Shown here piece after piece: positions 31,591 through 43,130 of a DNA stretch of 64,000 nucleotides. The translations under genes were made by a program, and so were the position numbers. The stretch's first letter is position 1. The number at the start of each line of letters is the position of its first letter. Origin of the DNA: Escherichia phage ECO07P2. The stretch lies in the sequence record OP172785. One strand, given 5' to 3'. Below the pieces are notes generated by a model that did not search any database, was not told the DNA's origin, and saw nothing but the letters and a program-made list of their open reading frames with translations.

Positions 31591-32508
31591 TCAAAATTCA
31601 TTAATGCTATTAGTTAATTTAGAAAGACCCGCTTTTACAAAATATGAATAAATTTTGCCACGCGGTGGTAATTTATATGAATTATAGTAATTCACAATGT
31701 TTGAAGCAATATTATCAGGAATATAATCAAAATCAATTAGAACTAAATTTTCTTTATAACGATTATATTCAGATTCAGTGAGAAGCACCTTAGCTTGCTC
31801 ACGGTCATTAGCAATAGCTTCAACAATAGAGGTTTTCATTGAAGGAGTTCGTTCACCTTCAACTCTAGTAAACCAGAAGTCAGATCGTACTTTAACTGAA
31901 GCAACGTTATCCTTTTTGTCGCCTTTAAGGATTTTAGTCATACAGTCAATTTCAGCAGAACCACTTTTAATTTTAACCCATTTCTTGTGCATCGGTGACC
32001 ATTGCTTAACATTTGGATATTTGTGAAGTTGAGTAAAGTCACCATCCGATGAAATGATTAAAATCTTATGTCCTTCTAAAGAGAACTTTTTAACAAGAAC
32101 AGCAATATGGTCATCTGCTTCATACTTATCAATATCCATAACAATGTATGGCATATAAGCTTTCAATTCATCTATAACTTTATGACTGGATTCAAAATAA
32201 CCTTCCCAATCCCAAGTAGATTCTTCTCGTGCTTTTCCACGGTTTTTCTTATAATAATAAGCGAAATCACGACGCCAGTATCCAGATTTCGCATTATCGA
32301 TACACAGTACAATTTTAGTGTATCCAAGAGTTTTTGCTTTTTTGACATTAAACTTAATTGAGTTCAATATCAAATGACGAACCATTGATAAGTTAATTTT
32401 TTCTTTATCTGGGAAGTTTACTAGAGCAGTCGAAAGTGCAATTTGACTAAAGTCAATTAAGCAGATTCCTTCTTTGTAATCTTCATCCAACATCATTTCT
32501 AAATCCAT
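31591..32508 (-). CDS. rnh: RNase H (5'-3' exonuclease, FEN family)
   Basis: 305 aa from MDLEMMLDEDYKEGICLIDFSQ; Asp-rich nuclease motifs. Confidence 0.9.
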   Translation of the reverse strand: MDLEMMLDEDYKEGICLIDFSQIALSTALVNFPDKEKINLSMVRHLILNSIKFNVKKAKTLGYTKIVLCIDNAKSGYWRRDFAYYYKKNRGKAREESTWDWEGYFESSHKVIDELKAYMPYIVMDIDKYEADDHIAVLVKKFSLEGHKILIISSDGDFTQLHKYPNVKQWSPMHKKWVKIKSGSAEIDCMTKILKGDKKDNVASVKVRSDFWFTRVEGERTPSMKTSIVEAIANDREQAKVLLTESEYNRYKENLVLIDFDYIPDNIASNIVNYYNSYKLPPRGKIYSYFVKAGLSKLTNSINEF

Positions 32509-32570
32509 ATGAACCTCGTTCAATTAGTGAGATTTCTATTATATACCATCCGAATCTTAAAGTAAACAAG

Positions 32571-32578
32571 TATAAATA
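32571..32578 (+). promoter_or_regulatory. late promoter TATAAATA for gene 34
   Basis: tataaata 35 nt upstream of gene 34 ATG in divergent intergenic region. Confidence 0.65.
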
Positions 32579-32612
32579 CTTATTATTGAAAACACAATAG
32601 GAGCCCGGGAGA

Positions 32613-35600
32613 ATGGCCGAGATTAAAAGAAAGTTCAGAGCAGAAGATGGTCTGGACGCAGGTGGTGATAAAATAATCAACGTAGCTTTAGCTGATCGTA
32701 CCGTAGGAACTGACGGTGTTAACGTTGATTACTTAATTCAAGAAAATACAGTTCAACAATACGATCCAACTCGTGGATATTTAAAAGATTTTGTAATCAT
32801 TTATGATAACCGCTTTTGGGCTGCTATAAATGATATTCCAAAACCGGCAGGAGCTTTTAATAGCGGACGCTGGAGAGCATTACGTACCGATGCTAACTGG
32901 ATTACAGTCTCATCTGGTTCATATCAATTAAAATCCGGTGAAGCTATTTCGGTTAACACTGCAGCTGGTAATGATATTACGTTTACTTTACCATCTTCCC
33001 CAATTGACGGTGATACTATCGTTCTCCAAGATATTGGAGGAAAACCTGGAGTTAACCAAGTTTTAATTGTAGCTCCAGTGCAAAGTATTGTAAACTTCAG
33101 AGGCGAACAAGTACGTTCAGTACTAATGACTCATCCAAAGTCACAGCTAGTTTTAATTTTTAGTAATCGTCTGTGGCAAATGTATGTAGCTGATTATAGT
33201 AGAGAAGCTGTAGTTGTAACACCAGCGAATACTTATCAAGCGCAATCTAACGATTTTATCGTACGTAGATTTACTTCTGCTGCACCGATTAATATTAAAC
33301 TTCCGAGATTTGCTAATCACGGCGATATTATTAATTTCGTCGATTTGGACAAATTAAATCCACTTTATCATACAATTGTTACGACATACGATGAAACTAC
33401 TTCAATACAAGAAGATGGAACTCATTCTATTGAAGGCCGCACATCGATTGACGGTTTCTTGATGTATGATGATAATGAAAAATTGTGGAGATTGTTTGAC
33501 GGGGACAGTAAAGCACGTTTACGCATTATAACGACTAATTCAAATATTCGTCCAAATGAAGAAGTTATGGTATTTGGTGCGAATAACGGAATGACTCAAA
33601 CAATTGAACTTCAGCTTCCAACTAATATTTCTGTTGGTGATACTGTTAAAATTTCCATGAATTACATGAGAAAAGGACAAACAGTTAAAATCAAAGCTGC
33701 AGGTGAAGATAAAATTGCTTCTTCAGTTCAATTGCTGCAATTCCCAAAACGTTCAGAATATCCGCCTGAAGCTGAATGGGTGACTGTTCAAGAATTAGTT
33801 TTTAACGGTGAAACTAATTATGTTCCAGTTTTACAACTTGCTTATATAGAAGATTCTGACGGAAAATACTGGGTAGTACAGCAAAACGTTCCAACCGTAG
33901 AAAGAGTCGATTCGTTAAATGATTCTACTAGAGCAAGATTAGGCGTGATTGCTTTAGCTACACAAGCTCAAGCTAATGCCGATTTAGAAAATTCTCCACA
34001 AAAAGAATTAGCAATTACTCCAGAAACATTAGCTAACCGTACTGCTACAGAAACTCGTAGAGGTATCGCAAGAATAGCAACTACTGCTCAAGTGAATCAG
34101 AACACTACATTCTCTTTTGCTGACGATATTATCATCACTCCTAAAAAGCTGAATGAAAGAACTGCCACAGAAACTCGTAGAGGTGTTGCTGAAATTGCTA
34201 CGCAGCAGGAAACTAATGCAGGTACTGATGATACTACAATCATCACTCCTAAAAAGCTTCAAGCTCGTCAAGGTTCTGAATCATTATCTGGTATTGTAAC
34301 ATTTGTATCTACTGCAGGAGCTACTCCAGCTTCTAGTCGTGAATTAAATGGTACAAACGTTTATAATAAAAACACTAATAATTTAGTTGTTTCGCCTAAA
34401 GCTCTGGATCAGTATAAAGCTACTCCAACACAACAAGGCGCAGTAATTTTAGCAGTTGAAAGTGAAGTAATTGCTGGAAAAAGTCAAGAAGGATGGGCAA
34501 ATGCGGTTGTAACGCCAGAAACGTTACATAAAAAGACATCAACTGATGGAAGAATTGGTTTAATTGAAATTGCTACGCAAAGTGAAGTTAATACGGGAAC
34601 TGATTATACTCGTGCAGTCACTCCTAAAACTTTAAATGACCGTATAGCAACTGAAAGTTTAAGTGGTATAGCTGAAATTGCTACACAAGTTGAATTCGAC
34701 GCAGGCGTCGACGATACTCGTATCTCTACACCATTAAAAATTAAAACTAGATTTAATAGTACTGATCGTACTTCTGTTGTTGCTCTATCTGGATTAGTTG
34801 AATCAGGAACTCTCTGGGACCATTATACCCTTAATATTCTTGAAGCAAATGAGACACAGCGTGGTACACTTCGTGTAGCTACACAAGTTGAAGCTGCTGC
34901 AGGAACATTGGATAATGTTTTAATAACTCCTAAAAAGCTTTTAGGTACTAAATCTACTGAAGCACAGGAAGGTGTTATTAAAGTTGCAACTCAGTCTGAA
35001 ACTGTGACTGGAACGTCAGCAAATACTGCTGTATCTCCAAAAAATTTAAAATGGATTGTGCAGAGTGAACCTACTTGGGCAGCTACTACTGCGATAAGAG
35101 GTTTTGTTAAAATGTCTGAAGGCGCAATTACTTTTGTCGGTAATGCAACTGCAGGTTCGACCCAGGCTCTTGACCTGTACGAGAAAAATAGCTATGCTAT
35201 CTCTCCGTACGAGTTAAACAAAACTCTTGGTAACTTCCTGCCGCGTTTGGCTAAAGCAGCAGACTCGGATAAACTGGATAACCTGGATAGTACACAGTTT
35301 ATTCGTCGTGATGTAGCCCAGGATATTAATGCTACTATGACATTTAAACAGCCTGCAAGAATTGAAAGTACTTTAACCGCTACAGGTGTGGTTAATTTGA
35401 GTGGTTCTGTTACTTCAAATAATACCACATTAACCGGTGCTACTGCAATCAATAGCAATTCTACTGTAGGTGCTCAGAATTACATTGAGTTCACTTCACT
35501 TTCGCAAGGCTCGGGTACTTGGACCTCTCAACATGATAGCAATGTTAAAGCTCCTGTATTTTTAAATATAACTACTCTAGCTGGCGCATCTAGATACGTT

Positions 35601-36458
35601 CCTTTAATTAAGCAACGTTATAAAGATGGAACATTTACCTTTGGTACATTGACAAATGAACCTACCTCAAATGATGAAGGTGCTTTTATTCTTCATTATA
35701 TAGATGCAGTAAAAACCCAGCGCAAATGGTCCTTTAGACGGAACGGTGATTTAGAAATATCGGCAGGTAATTTCGTTCTTGGTAATGGGACTGCTGTAAT
35801 TAATGGCGGGCTTAATGTTACTAAAGCTTCAGGTATTACAACCACCAGTCTAGTTGCTAATAGCGAATCTAGATTCGAAGGTGCCGTTACTATTAACAAC
35901 TTCCTTACGGTAAGCAACAAAGCTACCATTAACAACGGCTTAGATGTTCAGAAATATGCAAGGGTTACAGGAGATAAGACTTCTGACATCTATAGCAGAA
36001 AACCTACAATGGATAATGTTGGTTTTTGGTCTATAGACATCAACGATTCAGCCACTTATAACCAGTTCCCAGGTTATTTTAAAATGGTTGAAAAAACTAA
36101 TGAAGTGACTGGACTTCCATACTTAGAACGTGGTGAAGAAGTTAAATCTCCTGGTACATTGACTCAGTTTGGTAACACACTTGATTCGCTTTACCAAGAT
36201 TGGATTACTTATCCAACGACTCCAGAAGCACGTACCACTCGCTGGACGCGTACATGGCAGAAAACCAAAAACTCTTGGTCGAGTTTTGTTCAGGTATTTG
36301 ATGGAGGTAACCCTCCTCAGCCGTCTGATATCGGTGCTTTACCATCTGATAATGCTACAATGGGGAATCTTACTATTCGTGATTTCTTACGAATTGGTAA
36401 TGTTCGCATTGTTCCTGACCCAGTGAATAAATCTGTTAAATTTGAATGGATTGAATAG
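32613..36458 (+). CDS. 34: long tail fibre proximal subunit gp34
   Basis: 1281 aa; internal repeated TETRRG[IV]A.IAT motifs; first gene of 34-35-36-37 fibre cluster. Confidence 0.95.
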   Translation: MAEIKRKFRAEDGLDAGGDKIINVALADRTVGTDGVNVDYLIQENTVQQYDPTRGYLKDFVIIYDNRFWAAINDIPKPAGAFNSGRWRALRTDANWITVSSGSYQLKSGEAISVNTAAGNDITFTLPSSPIDGDTIVLQDIGGKPGVNQVLIVAPVQSIVNFRGEQVRSVLMTHPKSQLVLIFSNRLWQMYVADYSREAVVVTPANTYQAQSNDFIVRRFTSAAPINIKLPRFANHGDIINFVDLDKLNPLYHTIVTTYDETTSIQEDGTHSIEGRTSIDGFLMYDDNEKLWRLFDGDSKARLRIITTNSNIRPNEEVMVFGANNGMTQTIELQLPTNISVGDTVKISMNYMRKGQTVKIKAAGEDKIASSVQLLQFPKRSEYPPEAEWVTVQELVFNGETNYVPVLQLAYIEDSDGKYWVVQQNVPTVERVDSLNDSTRARLGVIALATQAQANADLENSPQKELAITPETLANRTATETRRGIARIATTAQVNQNTTFSFADDIIITPKKLNERTATETRRGVAEIATQQETNAGTDDTTIITPKKLQARQGSESLSGIVTFVSTAGATPASSRELNGTNVYNKNTNNLVVSPKALDQYKATPTQQGAVILAVESEVIAGKSQEGWANAVVTPETLHKKTSTDGRIGLIEIATQSEVNTGTDYTRAVTPKTLNDRIATESLSGIAEIATQVEFDAGVDDTRISTPLKIKTRFNSTDRTSVVALSGLVESGTLWDHYTLNILEANETQRGTLRVATQVEAAAGTLDNVLITPKKLLGTKSTEAQEGVIKVATQSETVTGTSANTAVSPKNLKWIVQSEPTWAATTAIRGFVKMSEGAITFVGNATAGSTQALDLYEKNSYAISPYELNKTLGNFLPRLAKAADSDKLDNLDSTQFIRRDVAQDINATMTFKQPARIESTLTATGVVNLSGSVTSNNTTLTGATAINSNSTVGAQNYIEFTSLSQGSGTWTSQHDSNVKAPVFLNITTLAGASRYVPLIKQRYKDGTFTFGTLTNEPTSNDEGAFILHYIDAVKTQRKWSFRRNGDLEISAGNFVLGNGTAVINGGLNVTKASGITTTSLVANSESRFEGAVTINNFLTVSNKATINNGLDVQKYARVTGDKTSDIYSRKPTMDNVGFWSIDINDSATYNQFPGYFKMVEKTNEVTGLPYLERGEEVKSPGTLTQFGNTLDSLYQDWITYPTTPEARTTRWTRTWQKTKNSWSSFVQVFDGGNPPQPSDIGALPSDNATMGNLTIRDFLRIGNVRIVPDPVNKSVKFEWIE

Positions 36459-36466
36459 GAGGTATT

Positions 36467-37582
36467 ATGGAAAAATTTATGGCAGAGTTTGGACAAGGAT
36501 ATGTCCAAACGCCATTTTTATCGGAAAGTAATTCAGTAAGATACAAAATAAGCATAGCGGGTTCTTGCCCGCTTTCTACAGCAGGACCGTATGTTAAATT
36601 TCAAGATAATCCTGTTGGAAGCCAAACATTTAGCGCAGGACTTCATTTAAGAGTTTTTGACCCTTCCACCGGAGCATTAGTTGATAGTAAGTCATATGCT
36701 TTTTCGACTTCAAATGACACTACATCAGCTGCCTTTGTTAGCTTCATGAATTCTTTGACGAATAATAGACTTGTTGCTATATTAACTAACGGAAAGGTTA
36801 ATTTTCCTCCTGAAGTAGTATCTTGGTTAAGAACCGCCGGAACGTCTGCTTTTCCATCTGACTCTATATTGTCAAGATTCGACGTATCATATGCTGCTTT
36901 TTATACTTCTTCTAAAAGAGCTATTGCATTAGAGCATGTTAAATTAAGTAATAGAAAAAGCACAGATGACTATCAAACTATTTTAGATGTTGTATTTGAT
37001 AGTTTAGAAGACGTTGGAGCTACGGGATTTCCTAAAAGAACATATGAAAGTGTCGAGCAATTCATGTCAGCGGTCGGTGGAACCAATAACGAAATTGCAC
37101 GTTTTCCAACTTCATCCGCGATAAGTAAACTCTCTGATTATAATTTAGTTCCTGGTGATGTTCTTTATCTTAAAGCTCAGTTATATGCTGATGCGGATTT
37201 ACTTGCGCTTGGAACCACAAATATATCCATCCGTTTTTATAATGCATCTAATGGATATATTTCTTCAACACAAGCTGAGTTCACCGGACAAGCTGGGTCT
37301 TGGGAATTAAAGGAAGATTATGTAGTTGTTCCAGAAAACGCTGTGGGATTTACGATATACGCACAAAGAACTGCACAAGCTGGTCAAGGTGGCATGAGAA
37401 ATTTAAGCTTTTCTGAAGTGTCAAGAAATGGAGGTATTTCGAAACCTGCTGAATTTGGCGTCAATGGCATTCGTGTTAATTATATCTGTGAATCTGCTTC
37501 ACCTCCGGATATAATGGTACTTCCTACACAAGCATCGTCTAAAACTGGTAAAGTGTTTGGGCAAGAATTTAGAGAAGTTTAA
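36467..37582 (+). CDS. 35: long tail fibre hinge connector gp35
   Basis: 371 aa; between 34 and 36. Confidence 0.9.
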   Translation: MEKFMAEFGQGYVQTPFLSESNSVRYKISIAGSCPLSTAGPYVKFQDNPVGSQTFSAGLHLRVFDPSTGALVDSKSYAFSTSNDTTSAAFVSFMNSLTNNRLVAILTNGKVNFPPEVVSWLRTAGTSAFPSDSILSRFDVSYAAFYTSSKRAIALEHVKLSNRKSTDDYQTILDVVFDSLEDVGATGFPKRTYESVEQFMSAVGGTNNEIARFPTSSAISKLSDYNLVPGDVLYLKAQLYADADLLALGTTNISIRFYNASNGYISSTQAEFTGQAGSWELKEDYVVVPENAVGFTIYAQRTAQAGQGGMRNLSFSEVSRNGGISKPAEFGVNGIRVNYICESASPPDIMVLPTQASSKTGKVFGQEFREV

Positions 37583-37587
37583 ACTGA

Positions 37588-37613
37588 GGGAGCCTTCGGG
37601 TTCCCCTTTTCTT
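37588..37613 (+). terminator. rho-independent terminator after gene 35
   Basis: GGGAGCC-TTCG-GGTTCCC hairpin followed by cttttcttt. Confidence 0.6.
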
Positions 37614-37621
37614 TATAAATA
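37614..37621 (+). promoter_or_regulatory. late promoter TATAAATA for gene 36
   Basis: tataaata 24 nt upstream of gene 36 ATG. Confidence 0.65.
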
Positions 37622-37644
37622 CTATTAAAATAAAGGGGCATACA

Positions 37645-38310
37645 ATGGCTGATTTAAAAGTAGGTTCAACAACTGGAGGCTCTGTTATTTGGCATCAAGG
37701 AAATTTTCCATTGAATCCAGCCGGTGACGATGTACTCTATAAATCATTTAAAATATATTCAGAATATAATAAACCACAAGCTGCAGATAACGATTTCGTT
37801 TCTAAAGCTAATGGTGGTACTTATGCATCAAAGGTAACATTTAACGGCGGTGTTCAAGTCCCATATGCTGTAAACAACACAAACCCATGCGGTATTTATC
37901 CAGGTAATGGTGATAATGCTACTTTTGCTGTAACAAATATCGATATTGTTTCGTGGAATGGTATTGGTTTTAAATCATCACAAGGTTCAGCAGACCGAAC
38001 TGTTGTAATTAATGCACGTAATGGTGATATTAGTACAAAAGGCATTGTGATAGCAGTAGGTCAAGTAAAAAGTAACGCAGCTGCTCCTATAGAAGCTCGT
38101 GATCTTACTAGAAAGGACTACGTCGATGGAGCAATAAATACTGTTACGGCAAATGCGAACTCTAGAGTGTTACGATCTGGCGACACTATGACAGGTAACT
38201 TAACTGCGCCAAACTTTTTCTCACAGAATCCCGCATCTCAACCTTCACATGTTCCACGATTTGACCAAATCGTAATTAAGGATTCTGTTCAAGATTTCGG
38301 CTATTATTAA
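37645..38310 (+). CDS. 36: long tail fibre distal small subunit gp36
   Basis: 221 aa. Confidence 0.9.
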   Translation: MADLKVGSTTGGSVIWHQGNFPLNPAGDDVLYKSFKIYSEYNKPQAADNDFVSKANGGTYASKVTFNGGVQVPYAVNNTNPCGIYPGNGDNATFAVTNIDIVSWNGIGFKSSQGSADRTVVINARNGDISTKGIVIAVGQVKSNAAAPIEARDLTRKDYVDGAINTVTANANSRVLRSGDTMTGNLTAPNFFSQNPASQPSHVPRFDQIVIKDSVQDFGYY

Positions 38311-38318
38311 GAGGACTT

Positions 38319-41300
38319 ATGGCTACTTTAAAACAAATACAATTTAAAAGAAGCAAAACCGCAGGTGCTCGTCCTGCTGCTTCAGTATTAGCCGAAGGTG
38401 AATTGGCTATAAACTTAAAAGATAGAACAATTTTTACTAAAGACGATTTAGGAAATATCATTGATCTGGGTTTTGCTAAAGGCGGGCAAGTTGATGGAAA
38501 TGTGACTATCAATGGTCTTTTGAAATTAAACGGCGATTATGTACAAACTGGTGGAATGACCGTAAATGGACCTATTGGTTCTACTGAAGGCATAACTGCA
38601 AAAGTTTTCAGATCTACACAAGGTTCATTTTATACAAGAGCCTCAAATGATACTTCCAATGCCCATCTTTGGTTTGAAAATGCCGATGGCATTGAACGAG
38701 GCGTTATATATGCTCGTCCTCAAACTACAACTGACGGTGAAATACGTCTTAGAGTTAGACAAGGAACCGGAAGCACTATTAATAGCGAATTCTATTTCCG
38801 TTCTATAAACGGCGGCGAATTTCAAGCCAACCGTATTTTAGCATCAGATTCGTTAGTAACTAAACGCATTGCGGTTGATACTGTTATTCACGATGCCAAA
38901 GCCTTTGGGCAATATGATTCTCAATCTTTGGTTAACTATGTTTATCCTGGAACCGGTGAAACAAACGGTATAAACTATCTTCGTAAAGTTCGCGCTAAAG
39001 CTGCCGGAACCATGTGGCATGAAATCTGTACAGCTCAGACTGGCCAAGCAGATGAAATGTCTTGGTGGACGGGTAATACTCCATCATCTAAACAATATGG
39101 TATTCGTAACGACGGCCGAATGGCTGGGCGTAATAGCCTTGCATTAGGTACATTCACTGCAGATTTCCCGTCTAGTGATTATGGTAACGTCGGTGTAATG
39201 GGCGATAAGTATCTTGTTCTCGGTGACACTGTAACTGGCTTGTCATACAAAAAAACTGGTGTATTTGATCTAGTTGGCGGTGGATATTCTGTTGCTTCTA
39301 TTACTCCTGATAGTTTCCGTAGTACTCGCAAAGGTTTATTTGGACGTTCAGAAGACCAAGGCGCTACATGGAACATGCCTGGAAACAACGCCGCGCTTTT
39401 ATCGGTTCAAACACAAGCTGATGGAAACACTGCTGGTGACGGTCAAACCCACATTGGATATAATTCTGGCGGTAAAATGAACCATTATTTCCGTGGTACA
39501 GGTCAGATGAATATCAATACCCAGCAAGGTACGGAAATTAACCCGGGTATTTTGAAATTAGTAACTGGCTCTAATAACGTACAATTTTATGCTGACGGCA
39601 CTATTTCTTCTATCCAACCTGTTAAATTAGACAACGAATTATTTTTAAATAATTCTAATAATACTGCGGGCATTAAATTTGGCGCCCCTAGCAAAGTTGA
39701 TGGCTCGAGAACTATCCAATGGAATGCCGGGACCCGTGCAGGACAAAATAAAAATTATCTGATTATGAAAGCTTGGGGTAATGCATTCGACTCCACTGCC
39801 GGTAATCGCGAAACTGTATTTGAATTATACGATGGTCAGGGCTATCATTTTTATTCTCAACGTTTAGCTCCAACGGGTTCTGAAACTGTCGGTGCTCTTC
39901 AATTTAGAATTTCCGGCGCTTTACGTGTGGGTGGTGGTATTATATCAGCTGGTTCTATTGTTAGTGAATCAAGTTTAGTTGCAAATAATGGATTGTCTAT
40001 AAACGGCCAAGCTAAATTCGGTGGAACTGCAGATGCATTGAGAATTTGGAATGCTGAATATGGTGCTATTTTCCGTCGTTCAGAAACAGCATTGCACATT
40101 ATTCCTACTCTTAAAGACCAAGGAGAAAATGGTGAAATAGGTAATCTTCGTCCATTGAGCATCGCACTTCATAACGGTATGGTGCAAATGCGTCATTCCG
40201 TCACGTTAGGTGATGATGGTGCAGGCGGTAATATGGTTACTGTTGATAATGATAGTAAACTTGTTGTTGTTACTAGTAATAGTCGCATTTCTCCTAATTA
40301 TAATATGCAATTAGGACAAAATGCTTATATAGATATTCAGGCTTCTGACGGCGTTCGTCCAGCAGGGTGTGGTTCATTTGCATCCCAGAATGACGTAAAC
40401 GTCAGAGCTCCAATTTATATGAATATAGAGCGTACTGCTACTTCTGAATACATTCCTATTATTAAACAACGGTATGTAAAGGGTGATAGCACTTATTCTA
40501 TTGGCACCTTAATTGCCCAAGGAGACTTCCGTGTCCATTATCACCAAGGTACTAGTACTACCGGAACCGATATAAGTTGGGAATTCCGTCGTACCGGTGA
40601 CTTCCGCTTACCTGGTAAAATTATTGTAGGCAACACAACTTTAGGAACTGATGGTAATATCACCGGTGGCTCTGGTAACTTTGCTAACTTAAACAGTACG
40701 ATTGAATCACTTAAAACTGATATTGTTTCAAGTTATCCTATTGGAGCTCCAATTCCATGGCCAACGGATACTCCTCCTGACGGTTACGCTATTATGGAAG
40801 GTCAGACTTTTGATAAGTCTGCATATCCTAAGCTCGCTATCGCATATCCTACAGGTACTATTCCTGATATGCGTGGACAAACTATCAAGGGTAAACCAAG
40901 TGGTCGTGCTGTTTTGAGCGCAGAAGCAGATGGTGTTAAGGCTCATAGTCATAGTGCAAGTGCATCAAGCACAGATTTAGGTACTAAAACCACATCAAGC
41001 TTTGACTATGGTACTAAGACGACAAGTAGTTTCGACTATGGTACTAAGACCAGTAATAATACTGGTGCTCATACGCATAGTTTGAGCGGTTCCACAAACA
41101 CCGCCGGTGCGCACAGCCACACAAGCGCTCTTTATGCGGGCGATAGAGACTCTCCTGGTGGTAGTTCTGCAAGAGGATCCGCCGGTGGTGGTAATACGCT
41201 TGGAACTTCTTCTTCTGGGGCACATTCGCACTCTATATCTGGTACTGCTGCAAGCGCAGGCGCTCACGCACATACTGTTGGTATTGGTGCTCATACCCAT

Positions 41301-41435
41301 ACAGTTGGTATTGGTGCCCATACTCACTCTGTTGCGATTGGTTCGCATGATCATACTATCACTGTAAATAGTACAGGTAATACAGAAAACACGGTTAAAA
41401 ACATTGCTTTTAACTATATCGTTCGTTTAGCATAA
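38319..41435 (+). CDS. 37: long tail fibre distal large subunit gp37 (receptor-binding)
   Basis: 1038 aa; C-terminal array of GAHxH His boxes and terminal [11 protein letters not shown]. Confidence 0.95.
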   Translation: MATLKQIQFKRSKTAGARPAASVLAEGELAINLKDRTIFTKDDLGNIIDLGFAKGGQVDGNVTINGLLKLNGDYVQTGGMTVNGPIGSTEGITAKVFRSTQGSFYTRASNDTSNAHLWFENADGIERGVIYARPQTTTDGEIRLRVRQGTGSTINSEFYFRSINGGEFQANRILASDSLVTKRIAVDTVIHDAKAFGQYDSQSLVNYVYPGTGETNGINYLRKVRAKAAGTMWHEICTAQTGQADEMSWWTGNTPSSKQYGIRNDGRMAGRNSLALGTFTADFPSSDYGNVGVMGDKYLVLGDTVTGLSYKKTGVFDLVGGGYSVASITPDSFRSTRKGLFGRSEDQGATWNMPGNNAALLSVQTQADGNTAGDGQTHIGYNSGGKMNHYFRGTGQMNINTQQGTEINPGILKLVTGSNNVQFYADGTISSIQPVKLDNELFLNNSNNTAGIKFGAPSKVDGSRTIQWNAGTRAGQNKNYLIMKAWGNAFDSTAGNRETVFELYDGQGYHFYSQRLAPTGSETVGALQFRISGALRVGGGIISAGSIVSESSLVANNGLSINGQAKFGGTADALRIWNAEYGAIFRRSETALHIIPTLKDQGENGEIGNLRPLSIALHNGMVQMRHSVTLGDDGAGGNMVTVDNDSKLVVVTSNSRISPNYNMQLGQNAYIDIQASDGVRPAGCGSFASQNDVNVRAPIYMNIERTATSEYIPIIKQRYVKGDSTYSIGTLIAQGDFRVHYHQGTSTTGTDISWEFRRTGDFRLPGKIIVGNTTLGTDGNITGGSGNFANLNSTIESLKTDIVSSYPIGAPIPWPTDTPPDGYAIMEGQTFDKSAYPKLAIAYPTGTIPDMRGQTIKGKPSGRAVLSAEADGVKAHSHSASASSTDLGTKTTSSFDYGTKTTSSFDYGTKTSNNTGAHTHSLSGSTNTAGAHSHTSALYAGDRDSPGGSSARGSAGGGNTLGTSSSGAHSHSISGTAASAGAHAHTVGIGAHTHTVGIGAHTHSVAIGSHDHTITVNSTGNTENTVKNIAFNYIVRLA
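40980..41060 (+). repeat. degenerate 30-bp tandem repeat inside gp37 tip region ([10 protein letters not shown] x2.7)
   Basis: ggtactaa(a/g)ac.aca..agc/agt ttt/ttc gactat repeated three times. Confidence 0.6.
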
Positions 41436-41440
41436 GGAGA

Positions 41441-41454
41441 GGGGCTTCGGCCCC
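41441..41454 (+). other. GGGGC-TTCG-GCCCC hairpin between genes 37 and 38
   Basis: perfect 5-bp stem with UUCG loop directly after gene 37 stop. Confidence 0.4.
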
Positions 41455-41462
41455 TTCTAAAT

Positions 41463-42014
41463 ATGAAAATATATCATTATTATTTTGACACTAAAGAATT
41501 TTACAAAGAAGAAAATTACAAACCGGTTAAAGGTCTTGGTCTTCCCGCTCATTCAACAATTAAAAAACCTTTAGAACCTAAAGAAGGATACGCAGTTGTA
41601 TTTGATGAACGTATTCAGGATTGGATTTATGAAGAAGACCATCGCGGTAAACGGGCTTGGACTTTTAATAAAGAAGAAATCTTAATAACTGACATAGGAA
41701 GCCCGGTTGGTATAACTTTTGATGAACCCGGCGAATTTGATATATGGACTGATGATGGTTGGAAAGAAGACGAAACATATAAACGCGTTTTAATTCGTAA
41801 TAGAAAAATTGAAGAATTATATAAAGAATTCCAAGTATTGAATAATATGATCGAAGCTTCAGTTGCAAATAAAAAGGAAAAATTCTATTATCAAAACCTT
41901 AAACGGTTCTTTGCTCTTTTAGAAAAGCATGAGCATTTAGGTGGTGAATTTCCTAAATGGCCTGAAAAAGAACGGAAGCCTTGGTATAAGCGTTTATTCA
42001 GGAATTACGTATAA
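41463..42014 (+). CDS. 38: gp38, T4-type tail fibre assembly chaperone
   Basis: 183 aa; short T4-type form rather than long Gly-rich adhesin form. Confidence 0.85.
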   Translation: MKIYHYYFDTKEFYKEENYKPVKGLGLPAHSTIKKPLEPKEGYAVVFDERIQDWIYEEDHRGKRAWTFNKEEILITDIGSPVGITFDEPGEFDIWTDDGWKEDETYKRVLIRNRKIEELYKEFQVLNNMIEASVANKKEKFYYQNLKRFFALLEKHEHLGGEFPKWPEKERKPWYKRLFRNYV

Positions 42015-42017
42015 ATA
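42010..42017 (+). promoter_or_regulatory. late promoter TATAAATA for holin gene t
   Basis: tataaata 19 nt upstream of t ATG, overlapping gene 38 stop. Confidence 0.55.
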
Positions 42018-42035
42018 TCCTTAAAAGGAGGGTCT

Positions 42036-42692
42036 ATGGCAGCACCTAGAATATCATTTTCGCCCTCTGATATTCTGTTGGGTGTTCTAGATCGCTTGTT
42101 CAAAGATAACGCTACCGGGAAGGTTCTTGCTTCCCGGGTAGCTGTCGTAATTCTTTTATTTATGATGGCGATTGTTTGGTATAGGGGAGATAGTTTCTTT
42201 GAGTACTATAAGCAATCAAAGTATGAAACATACCGTGAAATTATTGAAAAGGAAAGAAATGCACGCTTTGAATCTGTCGCCCTGGAACAACTCCAGATAG
42301 TTCATATATCATCTGAGGCAGACTTTAGTGCGGTGTATTCTTTCCGCCCTAAAAACTTAAACTATTTTGTTGATATTATAGCATATGAAGGAAAATTACC
42401 TTCAACAATAAGTGAAAAATCACTTGGAGGATATCCTGTTGATAAAACTATGGATGAATATACAGTTCATTTAAATGGACGTCATTATTATTCCAACTCA
42501 AAATTTGCTTTTTTACCAACTAAAAAGCCTACTCCCGAAATAAATTACATGTACAGTTGTCCATATTTTAATTTGGATAACATCTATGCTGGAACAATAA
42601 CCATGTACTGGTATAGAAATGATCATATAAGTAATGACCGCCTTGAATCAATATGTTCTCAGGCGGCCAGAATATTAGGAAGGGCTAAATAA
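42036..42692 (+). CDS. t: holin T
   Basis: 218 aa; single N-terminal TM VAVVILLFMMAIVWY with large periplasmic domain. Confidence 0.95.
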   Translation: MAAPRISFSPSDILLGVLDRLFKDNATGKVLASRVAVVILLFMMAIVWYRGDSFFEYYKQSKYETYREIIEKERNARFESVALEQLQIVHISSEADFSAVYSFRPKNLNYFVDIIAYEGKLPSTISEKSLGGYPVDKTMDEYTVHLNGRHYYSNSKFAFLPTKKPTPEINYMYSCPYFNLDNIYAGTITMYWYRNDHISNDRLESICSQAARILGRAK

Positions 42693-42965
42693 TTATTTGT
42701 TCGTATACATCTCTAGATATCGATATACACTCTCAAAACCCTCGTTGAATTCGTCGATGAGGGTTTTCTTATCTTCTTGGGTTAATTCAGAAACAATTTT
42801 ACGGAATGAATTCTGATTTAACTTTCTACCTTCATGCGTTACTCCAATCTCATTCAGAAATGCAATAAAATTAGCACGATTCTCAACAATATCTTCTCTG
42901 GAAAATTTAATCAAAATAGACGCAACAGTAATAATTTCACGAACTGTATCAATGTTTTTATTCAT
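42693..42965 (-). CDS. asiA: anti-sigma70 factor AsiA
   Basis: 90 aa; convergent with t. Confidence 0.9.
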   Translation of the reverse strand: MNKNIDTVREIITVASILIKFSREDIVENRANFIAFLNEIGVTHEGRKLNQNSFRKIVSELTQEDKKTLIDEFNEGFESVYRYLEMYTNK

Positions 42966-42977
42966 TAACTATACCAC

Positions 42978-43130
42978 TCAATTAGTTGACTTTATTATAA
43001 TATCATCAGACGTTTGATTTGTAAAATGGTCTGTGTTATTTTCTTCAAAAATTTTTTCTACGAATTCCTTGAACGACTCACGTTCCTGAGCTACATTATG
43101 CTCGATTACCTTTTCAAGATTATGACTCAT
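42978..43130 (-). CDS. hypothetical acidic micro-protein (not in ORF track)
   Basis: 50 aa MSHNLEKVIEHNVAQERESF...; ATG overlaps arn stop (ATGA). Confidence 0.4.
   Translation of the reverse strand: MSHNLEKVIEHNVAQERESFKEFVEKIFEENNTDHFTNQTSDDIIIKSTN

Noticed and set aside
34029-34271. Antisense ORFs within genes 34 and 37 (e.g. 34029-34271, 35192-35458, 35696-35935, 40995-41354)
   Set aside because: Embedded antisense in long tail-fibre genes, with low-complexity Ser/Thr/Cys-rich translations; no expression signals.
32613-36458. Internal repeats in gp34 (TETRRG-type motifs) as possible mobile or diversity-generating element
   Set aside because: These are known structural beta-repeat motifs of long tail fibres; no reverse transcriptase or template repeat nearby.
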